In this document: piece by piece, positions 55,396-63,636 of the stretch
Numbering within the stretch: position 1 is the stretch's first letter
Layout of the letters: each line of letters begins with the position of its first letter
Source of the DNA: Verrucomicrobiota bacterium
GTDB taxonomy: Bacteria; Verrucomicrobiota; Verrucomicrobiia; Limisphaerales; VHDF01
NCBI GenBank assembly: GCA_016871495.1
Contig: VHDF01000004.1
Location: 7,174 to 71,173, forward strand
DNA: 64,000 bases
Direction of reading: 5' to 3'
Notes under the pieces: generated by a model
What the model was told of the DNA's origin: nothing
Seen by the model: only the letters and a program-made list of their open reading frames with translations
Database searches by the model: none
Program-made: the position numbers and the translations under genes

Positions 55396-55884
55396 TTGGT
55401 GCGAACAGCGCGGCCTAGTTTAGGGGTGATGCCCGCGCGCCGTCACGCCCCATTTCCGCGCTTGAATTCCAAGGCTCCTTGGCCTGAACTGAAGCCCGCG
55501 CTTGGGCTCACCTATACCAAACCCAGTGGAGGCGTTTGTTTCGGGCTTCACTGCCTTCTTTGTACGATTCCCGATCGGCGTGGTCCTCATGATGACCGCC
55601 TTCGCCGCGTACTGTCGTTGGGATGGGCTCCAGGGACGTTGTTCTTGGTCTTCGCCTGGGCCGAACACGGCTTTTGGGTTTTGGCAGGGTTGATTTCCCT
55701 CTGCCTGATGCTGCTCTTTTTCTACCTGTTCGTTCAGGACATCAACGCGTTCGGCAGTTTGGGAGCCATGGTGCTGAGCGCGGCGATTTACTACATCCCG
55801 ATAGGTCTCGAGGAAAAAACATGGGCCCGGGGCATTGCCATCAACGGCGCCATCCTGACCGTGCTCTGGCTCGCCCCCGTATGA
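55396..55884 (+). CDS. hypothetical polytopic membrane protein, start uncertain or possibly frameshifted
   Basis: The C-terminal ~90 aa are clearly hydrophobic (LFLVFAWAEHGFWVLAGLISLCLMLLFFYLF..., GAMVLSAAIYYIPIG, AINGAILTVLWLAPV). A further TM-like segment (AFVSGFTAFFVRFPIGVVLMMTAFAAY) lies upstream in another frame (55502-55693). Confidence 0.45.
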   Translation: MVRTARPSLGVMPARRHAPFPRLNSKAPWPELKPALGLTYTKPSGGVCFGLHCLLCTIPDRRGPHDDRLRRVLSLGWAPGTLFLVFAWAEHGFWVLAGLISLCLMLLFFYLFVQDINAFGSLGAMVLSAAIYYIPIGLEEKTWARGIAINGAILTVLWLAPV

Positions 55885-55995
55885 TGGGAGCGCAGAGCGC
55901 TCGCCGCGTTGGAACGAGCGGATCAAATCCACGAGGAATAGGTCACTCCCATCGGAGCCTTTCCGTCCAAACAGACCTTCGCATCATTCGCCGCG

Positions 55996-57357
55996 TCAGC
56001 CTTTCATCGACGCCCCCACGAAGGTGTAATCGTAAGGTTTTCGCATCGCGCGCGCCATCCACACGTTGGATTCCTTGGCGCCCTCGCCCACAAACCGTTC
56101 CTTGCCGGGATCCCACTGCAGTTTCCGTCCTGAACGCAAAGCGATGACGATCAAGTGTCCGACCACCGCCGACCGATGTCCCGCCTCGACCGATGCAATC
56201 GGTGTCTTGCGAGAGCGAACGCACTCGAAGAAATTGGCCATGTGATCCTGGCTGATTTCCAGCCGAGCCGCCGTGCTCGGCAACGGGGTCTCGATGATCT
56301 CGTCCCGGCTCGCTCGTAAATCCGAACGATTCACCCAAATCCAACCGTCGGTGCCGACGAATCTCAGACCGTTGCGCTGTCCATCGGGCTTGATGATGCC
56401 GCCAAAAGGCGTGTCATCAGGCGTCGTCCTCACCATTTGAGTAACCCCATGGGCCCAGCCCAAGGTGGCTTCGAATTCCGTCGGAGTGGTGTAGCCCGAC
56501 GGCAGGGACGGAGTCGTCACGCGCGCTTCGATGCTGAGCGGACCGTCCTGACCAATCGCCCAGAGCGCAATGTCATTGTGATGCGCGCCCCAATCCGTGA
56601 CGGGTCCACCCGCGTAATCCCACCACCAGCGAAAGGTGCTATGGCAGCGTTCTTTGAAGTAAGGGGCCTGCGGAGCCTGCCCCAGCCAAAAGTCGTAATT
56701 GAAATGGGCCGGCGGGGTCTGCTGAACAAAGGGACCCGCGCGAATTCCGGCGGGGACAAAGACATGAACCTCCTTCAACCTGCCCAGTCGGCCATTCCTG
56801 ACCAACTCGCAAGCGAGCCGGAACTTCTTGTCGCTCCGCTGTTGAGTGCCGGTTTGAAAGACCACGCCGTTTCGTCGAACGGCACGGACCAGCCGCTTTC
56901 CTTCGTCGATGGTCAAGGTCAGGGGCTTTTCTCCATAAACATCTTTCTTGGCAAGTGCGCCGCCCAAATTGACCAGGGTGTGCCAATGATCGGGGGTGGC
57001 CTGCACCACGATATGAATGTCGTCGCGCTCCAACGCCTTCCGGAAATCCTCGTAGAGGGCGGGTTTCTTCCCATCGACCGCGAACGGTTTCGCCGCCGCT
57101 TCCGCGTGCTCGCGGTCCACATCACAAATCGCGAGGATTTCGCCGAAACGACTCGCGTTCTTGGCGTCCGCCCGCCCCATGCCTCCACACCCCACCACGG
57201 CAATGCCTGGACGGTCGTTGGGTGAGAGTCGGCGTGGAGCGGGGGCCGCCGCCAGGTCCTGCTCAATAAACCAGCGAGGCAGCCCGGTCGCCGCCGAAAC
57301 CGCGGCGCAGGTGGAGAAAAATCGACGGCGCGAAATCTGAAAGGGCGTTTGCATCAA
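55996..57357 (-). CDS. Gfo/Idh/MocA-family oxidoreductase with Tat signal
   Basis: 453 aa. ISRRRFFSTCAAVSAATGLP leader; Rossmann motif GIAVVGCGGMGRADA. Confidence 0.9.
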   Translation of the reverse strand: MMQTPFQISRRRFFSTCAAVSAATGLPRWFIEQDLAAAPAPRRLSPNDRPGIAVVGCGGMGRADAKNASRFGEILAICDVDREHAEAAAKPFAVDGKKPALYEDFRKALERDDIHIVVQATPDHWHTLVNLGGALAKKDVYGEKPLTLTIDEGKRLVRAVRRNGVVFQTGTQQRSDKKFRLACELVRNGRLGRLKEVHVFVPAGIRAGPFVQQTPPAHFNYDFWLGQAPQAPYFKERCHSTFRWWWDYAGGPVTDWGAHHNDIALWAIGQDGPLSIEARVTTPSLPSGYTTPTEFEATLGWAHGVTQMVRTTPDDTPFGGIIKPDGQRNGLRFVGTDGWIWVNRSDLRASRDEIIETPLPSTAARLEISQDHMANFFECVRSRKTPIASVEAGHRSAVVGHLIVIALRSGRKLQWDPGKERFVGEGAKESNVWMARAMRKPYDYTFVGASMKG

Positions 57358-57544
57358 CGAAGCAAACGCCGGTGAGCCTTCGCGGTCAAGCGCCGGACGG
57401 CACGTTCAACGGCGGCGGCGAATCCGTGCCTGTGCTAATCCAAGCTCCGAGGCCGATTCACGCCTCCACCAGAACATCATCCCCACCAGCGCCAATCCCC
57501 CAACCCAGCCGGAATGGCCGTCCGGCACCGACGCGGGCGATGCC

Positions 57545-58294
57545 TCAAGTCGGAACATGGTCGAAATCAACTTCGATGTCCGAAGCCGGATGAAGCGGGT
57601 CAATCTGATTAAGATTCACCAGCCGAATGCCCAGGTGTTGCCCCGCCAGCACGGTCGTTCCAGTCGTAAAAGAGACCGTGCTCGTTCGCCACTGTCCGTT
57701 GGGAATCGCCCCGGCCAAACTGTTGTTGTCGGAGGCCAATACCGTTCCTCCCGCCATGAGATCCACCCGATAACCCGGGAAACCTTCCAGGTTGAAAAAC
57801 ACTCCGGTACGCGATCTGGCCGAGTCGATATTCCCAATCTCGACCTGAAGGGTATAGGTCGTTTCCGGCTCCAACATGCTGGCCAGCGTCTGGACGAATC
57901 CATACTCTGATTGGCCGCCGGTGGAGGCAAAATTGAACGCGATGCCTACCCGCTGGCCATGCGCCGCGCCATGATCGAACCCCTCATATACCCCCGGGTT
58001 TCCGATGGGATCCAGTTCTGGAAACAGGGTCCCAATGTAGTAATTGGGTCCATCGCCAGAACTCGTGATATTGGCCGGGTCGTAAAGATTCCACCCGTTG
58101 AGCGCGCCAAAGGTGAATTCGTGAATGACGAACTCGCCGGAGATATCCTCAAAACTTGGATTCACCACTGGAACAGAGGCCCCCAACAGCGCGCTCGCGC
58201 CCAGGGGCAGCAAACTCGCGATCAGAAACCGGTGATGGGTCAATTTCTTGGAGCTGGAAGCACAGCGATTCATAGCGACTCGGCTCTGAAGCAT
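57545..58294 (-). CDS. secreted protein; probable frameshifted VPDSG/PEP-CTERM-type cargo
   Basis: 249 aa. Signal peptide; the VVNPSFEDISGEF opening common in exosortase cargo. A sorting-signal-like tail is encoded just downstream in another frame (see findings). Confidence 0.7.
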   Translation of the reverse strand: MLQSRVAMNRCASSSKKLTHHRFLIASLLPLGASALLGASVPVVNPSFEDISGEFVIHEFTFGALNGWNLYDPANITSSGDGPNYYIGTLFPELDPIGNPGVYEGFDHGAAHGQRVGIAFNFASTGGQSEYGFVQTLASMLEPETTYTLQVEIGNIDSARSRTGVFFNLEGFPGYRVDLMAGGTVLASDNNSLAGAIPNGQWRTSTVSFTTGTTVLAGQHLGIRLVNLNQIDPLHPASDIEVDFDHVPT

Positions 58295-58443
58295 CTGTCA
58301 TGCCGAACCTCGCTCGCCACCACGCTACCGTGAGGCCAGCTTGGCCAACCCTGTGGAATTGGTTTCCTCACCAGCCATGCTCATTTTGGGGAGCGCGGCT
58401 GTGTCGAAGACCAGCCGCAGCGCGCGGACAGATCGGAAGATTC

Positions 58444-58509
58444 CAGATTTTTCAACGTGCTGCGGCTGGTCGAAAGACGACCAGCCGCGCTCCGGGGCAA
58501 AATGAGAAC
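58444..58509 (+). repeat. short repeat family E, copy E2 (perfect 11-bp-stem hairpin)
   Basis: cagatttttcaacgtgctgcggctggtcgaaagacgaccagccgcgctccggggcaaaatgagaac. The stem is gcggctggtcg / cgaccagccgc. Confidence 0.65.
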
Positions 58510-58579
58510 TCCTGTTTCTGCACAGTAACTCATTGAATCCTAATCCCCACAATGCCACCTTCCAACGCATCCCGATGCT

Positions 58580-59740
58580 ATGAAATGCCGAATTCTCCTG
58601 GCCCTAGGGGCCTTCTGCGGCTGCGTGATTCTCAGAGGTCAGATCATGATTTCTGCGAATGAGAACAAAATCGACTTGACCAGCGGCGGACCGAAAGTGG
58701 TCCATAATCCGCGTCCCGACTCGCTCACCTTTCTCGATTTCTCGGTTTTCCCTCCCCGCGTGCAACATCTCGAAGGGGTCGAGAACTCGGTCCTGGGCCC
58801 GCCGTCCAATGTCGCCATCAGCCCTGACGGACGCCTCGCCCTCATCGCCAATTCGATCCGTGTCCCCTTCCCCGGAGCGACGAATTGGGTCCCCGAAAAC
58901 TCCATCCATATCCTCGATTTGACGTCGCGCCCCCCTGCCCTCGCCGGCCGCGTCAACGTCGAGGCCCAGCCTTCAGGCATCTCGTTTACTCCGAACGGAC
59001 GCCAGGCCCTGGTGGCCAATCGCGCCGCCGGCACGGTCTCGCTCCTCCATGTGGACGGCCTCAAAGTTCGCCATGAGGGTTCCGTCAAAGTCTGCGAGCC
59101 CATCGAAGCGGTTTCGGACGTGGCCGTGAGTCCCGACGGACGTCTCGCCCTGGCGAGCGCGCAAAAAGGAGGCTTCCTGGCGGTGCTGCGAATCGAACCC
59201 GGTCATCTGCATTTCACCGGACGAAAAATTTCGGTCAGCGGCCAACCCTACCGGTGCCTCATCACCCCGGATGGACAACTGGGATTGGTAGCCGGAGGAG
59301 GAGCAGGCAATGCTCGCGACTTGGACGCGTTGAGCATCGTGGATCTCACCGGCGCCTCACCGCAAACCGTGGCTTATGTGCCTTTGGGGGCTTCCCCGGA
59401 GTCCATTGAGTTGAGTCCGGACGGAAAACACCTGGCCGCGGTGGTCATGGACGGTTCGAACCTGGCGCCGGGCGATCCGCACAAAACGAAGCAGGGCCAG
59501 CTCGTCATGCTCAGGCGGAAAAGCCAGCGGTTCGTCGAAACGCAACGAGTCCCGATCGTCCCGATTCCGGAAGGGGTGGCCTTCACAGCGGACGGCAGAT
59601 TCTTGGTGGTGCAAGGCCACCCTGACCGCGTCTTGCAGGTATTCGCCGTCAAATCCGGGCGCGTCTCGGATACCGGCCATCGTATTCCCGTTCCGGGCAT
59701 GCCTTCCGCGTTGCGCGCGTGGGTGCCCGCTCGGAGATAA
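58580..59740 (+). CDS. secreted beta-propeller protein (YVTN / 7-bladed lactonase-like)
   Basis: 386 aa. Signal peptide; recurring blades V(A/E)(I/V/L)SPDG(R/K)xL(A/L), e.g. VAISPDGRLALIANS, VAVSPDGRLALASA, IELSPDGKHLAAV. Confidence 0.8.
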   Translation: MKCRILLALGAFCGCVILRGQIMISANENKIDLTSGGPKVVHNPRPDSLTFLDFSVFPPRVQHLEGVENSVLGPPSNVAISPDGRLALIANSIRVPFPGATNWVPENSIHILDLTSRPPALAGRVNVEAQPSGISFTPNGRQALVANRAAGTVSLLHVDGLKVRHEGSVKVCEPIEAVSDVAVSPDGRLALASAQKGGFLAVLRIEPGHLHFTGRKISVSGQPYRCLITPDGQLGLVAGGGAGNARDLDALSIVDLTGASPQTVAYVPLGASPESIELSPDGKHLAAVVMDGSNLAPGDPHKTKQGQLVMLRRKSQRFVETQRVPIVPIPEGVAFTADGRFLVVQGHPDRVLQVFAVKSGRVSDTGHRIPVPGMPSALRAWVPARR

Positions 59741-59873
59741 GCACACATCGGGAACCCATGCGTGCGACACCTCAGTCCGGCGCCATCCGTCGCAGCCAGC
59801 TGATCTGGATTTCCGCGGGTTGTGAATCACCACGCGTAAGATCGACCGTCCCAAGAGCAGACTCAGAAACGAA

Positions 59874-61199
59874 ATGGATCCCAGGATGAAAACCGCCCCT
59901 CCCTCAACCCATTGTGACGACACCCGTCGTGGACGTCGTACTTTTCTCAAGCAGGCCTTTATGGCGGCGGGACTCGCCGCGATAAGCCAACCCACAGGCC
60001 AGGCCCAAACTCGGTCTCAGTCCGCCCCCCCGAAGGATCCCTATGCCGGAGGGCCAAGGATCACCCAAGGCCAGCCTCCGCGGCTCAAAACGAAATTGAG
60101 GATTACCAAGCTCGAAACGTTTCTGGTCAAGCCGCGCTGGCTCTTCCTGAAGATCCACACCGACGCCGGCATCGTGGGGCTGGGCGAGCCCATCACGGAA
60201 GGGCGAGCGCGCACCTGCGCGATGGCCGTGGAGGAAGCCTCGCACTACTTGATCGGCAAGGATCCCCGCAACGTCATTCACCACTGGCAGGCAATTTACC
60301 GGCATGCCTTCTATCGCGGCGGCCCCATCCTTACGAGCGCGCTCAGCGGCATCGAACAGGCCCTTTGGGATATCAAAGGGAAATTCATGGGGGTGCCGGT
60401 TTACGAACTCCTGGGTGGCCCCACGCGGGACCGAGTCCGTGTTTATGCCCATGCCGGCAGCCCGCAATCGTTGAAAACGCGGAAGGCCGAGGGGTTCACC
60501 GCCTTCAAAACCGGGATCAAAAACTCGACCCGCTCGGGCATCGTCACCCACCCGCGCTTCATCGAGGAAGCTTCCCAGGCATTCGGCGAATTGCGCGAGG
60601 CGGGAGGGAAGGATGTGGACATCGGGATCGACTTCCATGGCGCCATCAGCCCGCAGAATGCCAAGCTCCTCATCAAGGCCCTGGAACCGATGCAGCCGAT
60701 GTTTATCGAGGAACCCGTGCAATGCCAAAATGTCGATGCCATGGCCGACATCGCCCGCGGAACTCACCTCCCGATCGCCACCGGAGAGCGCATTTTCACG
60801 AAATGGGGATTCCGCGAAATCTTGGAGAAACAAGCGGCGTCCATCTTGCAGCCCGATCTCTGCCACGCCGGGGGGATCTTCGAAGGCCGCCTGATCGCCG
60901 GCATGGCGGAGGCCTACTACGCCGCCATCGCACCCCATAATCCCCTGGGCCCCATCTCCCTTGCCTGCGGACTTCAACTGGCCGCATCCGTCCCCAATTT
61001 CCTTTGCCAGGAGCAGGTTTCGCTCGGCGAAGGCTACCTGAAGAAACCCTTCAAGATTGAAAAAGGGTTCGTCGAAATCCCCGAAGGACCCGGCCTAGGC
61101 ATCGAACTCGACGACAACCAAATTGAGGGCAAACTCAACCACGACTGGCGCAATCCGGAAACCTACGACCCTGCGGACGGCTCCGTCGTGGATTGGTGA
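59874..61199 (+). CDS. D-galactonate-dehydratase-like enolase-superfamily enzyme with N-terminal Tat signal extension
   Basis: Residues from about 73 onward align by recall with DgoD (RITKLETFLVKPRWLFLKIHTDAGIVGLGEPITEGRARTCAMAVEE...LWDIKGK...). The N-terminal 72 aa carry GRRTFLKQAFMAAGLAAISQPTGQAQ. An alternative TTG start sits at the DgoD-equivalent position. Confidence 0.88.
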   Translation: MDPRMKTAPPSTHCDDTRRGRRTFLKQAFMAAGLAAISQPTGQAQTRSQSAPPKDPYAGGPRITQGQPPRLKTKLRITKLETFLVKPRWLFLKIHTDAGIVGLGEPITEGRARTCAMAVEEASHYLIGKDPRNVIHHWQAIYRHAFYRGGPILTSALSGIEQALWDIKGKFMGVPVYELLGGPTRDRVRVYAHAGSPQSLKTRKAEGFTAFKTGIKNSTRSGIVTHPRFIEEASQAFGELREAGGKDVDIGIDFHGAISPQNAKLLIKALEPMQPMFIEEPVQCQNVDAMADIARGTHLPIATGERIFTKWGFREILEKQAASILQPDLCHAGGIFEGRLIAGMAEAYYAAIAPHNPLGPISLACGLQLAASVPNFLCQEQVSLGEGYLKKPFKIEKGFVEIPEGPGLGIELDDNQIEGKLNHDWRNPETYDPADGSVVDW

Positions 61200-61206
61200 C
61201 CCGCTT

Positions 61207-61422
61207 TCATCCTCCGGCCACAATTCTCACGATTTCCATCCGATCCCCGGACCCCAATGGGCGTTGAGCGAATTCAGAAGGAGAGACGGGCTCGCCATTG
61301 AGCTCCACCACCACGCTGCGCGGAAGCAGTGCCTGCTGCACCAGAAAATCGTGCAGAGTGCAGGGCAGGTTCACCTGTTTGCGCTGCCCGTTGGCGATGA
61401 CCCAGCCTTCCGTGGTTTCCAT
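61207..61422 (-). CDS. thiS: ThiS/MoaD-type sulfur-carrier protein
   Basis: METTEGWVIANGQRKQVNLPCTLHDFLVQQALLPRSVVVELNGEPVSPSEFAQRPLGSGDRMEIVRIVAGG. The length, the NGE...GD..EIV pattern and the terminal GG match ThiS. Alternative start at 61437. Confidence 0.85.
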   Translation of the reverse strand: METTEGWVIANGQRKQVNLPCTLHDFLVQQALLPRSVVVELNGEPVSPSEFAQRPLGSGDRMEIVRIVAGG

Positions 61423-61454
61423 TGGCCGTTCGTCCATGAGGGTTGGATCGAGGT

Positions 61455-62513
61455 TCACCTCGCGCTGACGTGCGGAGCGCCCAGCGTTCGCCAGCGTTGA
61501 ACCTCGTCCCACCGGTTCAGTCGGCACCGAAAAAAACGCAAAAGCCAGCAGTCGGATCGAACTCGCATCCCGGCTAACCTTCGCCTCGCCTCCCACACGT
61601 GGCGCCAGTGTTTCACGGCGTCAAGCAACGCGTCCCCATAGGCCTTCTTGAGAAACGAAGTCCTTCGAATCAACAGGCATCCCGCCAGCGCTTCCAAGGC
61701 CAGCCCCAGGCATTGCACCGGCACGAACCAGAGCCACAGCCATTCCGTGTTTTTCGCCATGACCCAGAGTCCGTTCCGATTGGCGAAATAACGCTTCGTG
61801 TCGCTGGTGCGGAACTCGACGACGTTGCCGCCCCCGGCCGGATTCACATCGACCGCCCCTCGATGATGCATGCGGGCCGAGGGCGCGGCGATCGCCCGCC
61901 CACCCGCCACCCACAGCCGCATCGTCAAATCCAGCTCATCCGAGTACATGAAAAAGAGCTCATCGAACCCGCCCAGGCGCTCGAACCAATCCCTTCGTAT
62001 GAGATAGCCGCACCCCTCCGGCATCAACACCTCCCGCACAGCTTCATGTTCCTCTCGCGTGCTCACCCAGCCAAACACGTCGAACCCCGCCGCGCCCAGG
62101 GATTGAAACCGGTCGTCGTGATAATCGAGCACTTTGGGCATCGCCGCCTGCGCCCGAAAGCGCTCCGCCTCTCCCACCAGCCGTTCCAGGCATTCCGGCT
62201 CCAGCCAGGCGTCATGATTCAAAAAGAAGAGCCATTCGCCTCGGGCAACCGCCGCCGCCCGATTGTTGCCCGCACAGAATCCCACATTGCCCCCCATTCG
62301 CATGAATCGCGATGATTTCCAACCCGAGACCCATCGTTCACACATCAGGTCCGAACCATCCGCGCTGGCATTGTCCGCGACGATCAACTCAACGCGACCG
62401 GCGCACGTTTGCGCTCTCACCGAGTCGAGGCACCTGTCGATCCACGCCCGCCCGTTGTAGTTCAGAACCACCACGCTGACCCAGGGTCGTGCCTGAACGG
62501 TTTCCTCGTTCAC
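61455..62513 (-). CDS. family 2 glycosyltransferase
   Basis: WVSVVVLNYNGRAWIDRCLDSVRAQT...ELIVADNASADGS, the GT-A opening. Confidence 0.9.
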   Translation of the reverse strand: MNEETVQARPWVSVVVLNYNGRAWIDRCLDSVRAQTCAGRVELIVADNASADGSDLMCERWVSGWKSSRFMRMGGNVGFCAGNNRAAAVARGEWLFFLNHDAWLEPECLERLVGEAERFRAQAAMPKVLDYHDDRFQSLGAAGFDVFGWVSTREEHEAVREVLMPEGCGYLIRRDWFERLGGFDELFFMYSDELDLTMRLWVAGGRAIAAPSARMHHRGAVDVNPAGGGNVVEFRTSDTKRYFANRNGLWVMAKNTEWLWLWFVPVQCLGLALEALAGCLLIRRTSFLKKAYGDALLDAVKHWRHVWEARRRLAGMRVRSDCWLLRFFRCRLNRWDEVQRWRTLGAPHVSAR

Positions 62514-63616
62514 AAGACCTTCTCCCCTCGGGCCCGGGCTTCCAGCCAGTCACACGCTTCCGGCAGGATTCGGGACCAATGCATGGACTGGGCTCGCTCC
62601 CAAGCCTGACGGCGATACGCTTGGTAACGTTCGGGATGTTGCAAACACTCCGCCAGACGATCCGCCAAGGCCTCCGGTGTTTCCGCGCGCGCCAGCACGC
62701 CCGTTCGCTCATCCAAAGTCGATTCCCGCAAACCTTCCACCGGATAGACGGCGGCCGGCGTGCCCATCGCATTGGCTTCGATCACGTTCAGCCCCCATCC
62801 TTCTCTCTGGGACGCGTGCAACAACCAATGAGACGCGCGAAGCATCTGGTCCTTGGCCGCTTCGGAAAGCGGTCCGGTAAATTCCACCATCGCCTCCAGG
62901 TTCCGTTCCTTGACCATTTGTCTCAAAGCCGGCTCGGCATCGCCCGAACCCACAATGGTGAGTCGCGCAGCCACACCACGATCGTGGAGCAATGCGAGGG
63001 TGCGAATCAAATGATCCACCCTCTTGTTCGGAGCCAAACGCGAAACCGCCGCCAGACGCAACGGAACCTGCAAAGGCTTGGGATCCAGCTCCTCCAATGC
63101 CCTCGTGTGGACGCCGTAGCGAATGATTTTCACCTGGCGGACCCCATGGCGCATCAACTGGTCGCGCGTCGATTCGCACGCGGTCCAAAACACCTCTTTC
63201 CGATACAACCAGTGGGTCCATCGTTCCTGCTGCCGCCCGATCCAATTCCAAGGCCAGCGATAGAAAGCATTCCAAATCGGCCCCAGCACTTCATGAATGT
63301 AAGAAACGCGGGAGGTCTGCGCCCACCACGGAGTGTACCAGGGAATGCCATGATGCTGATCGATGACCAGATCGAAGCGGGGTTGCGTCCGGCACCAGGC
63401 ACGCGCGGCCAAGAATGATTTTCCCACGCCTCCCCCCCTCCGCACGGTGAGCCGTCCCCAGCGCTCCTCCGGGAGGCAGCCGGGAAACGAGTTGGCAAAC
63501 CACACCACCTCATGACCGCGCTCAGCCAGCGCTGTCAGGTAGCCCTCCGTCACTCGCTCCGCGCCCCCCGATTGCGGGTTCTTCGGATCGCGCCAGTTCA
63601 ACATCAAGAATCGCAT
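62510..63616 (-). CDS. family 4 (GT-B) glycosyltransferase
   Basis: Start at ATG 63616 (MRFLMLNWRDPKNPQSGGAERV...). The C-terminal EGWGLNVIEANAMGTP motif. 4-nt overlap with the GT2 gene. Confidence 0.88.
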   Translation of the reverse strand: MRFLMLNWRDPKNPQSGGAERVTEGYLTALAERGHEVVWFANSFPGCLPEERWGRLTVRRGGGVGKSFLAARAWCRTQPRFDLVIDQHHGIPWYTPWWAQTSRVSYIHEVLGPIWNAFYRWPWNWIGRQQERWTHWLYRKEVFWTACESTRDQLMRHGVRQVKIIRYGVHTRALEELDPKPLQVPLRLAAVSRLAPNKRVDHLIRTLALLHDRGVAARLTIVGSGDAEPALRQMVKERNLEAMVEFTGPLSEAAKDQMLRASHWLLHASQREGWGLNVIEANAMGTPAAVYPVEGLRESTLDERTGVLARAETPEALADRLAECLQHPERYQAYRRQAWERAQSMHWSRILPEACDWLEARARGEKVL

Positions 63617-63636
63617 CTCGCCGGATCGAGGAGCGA

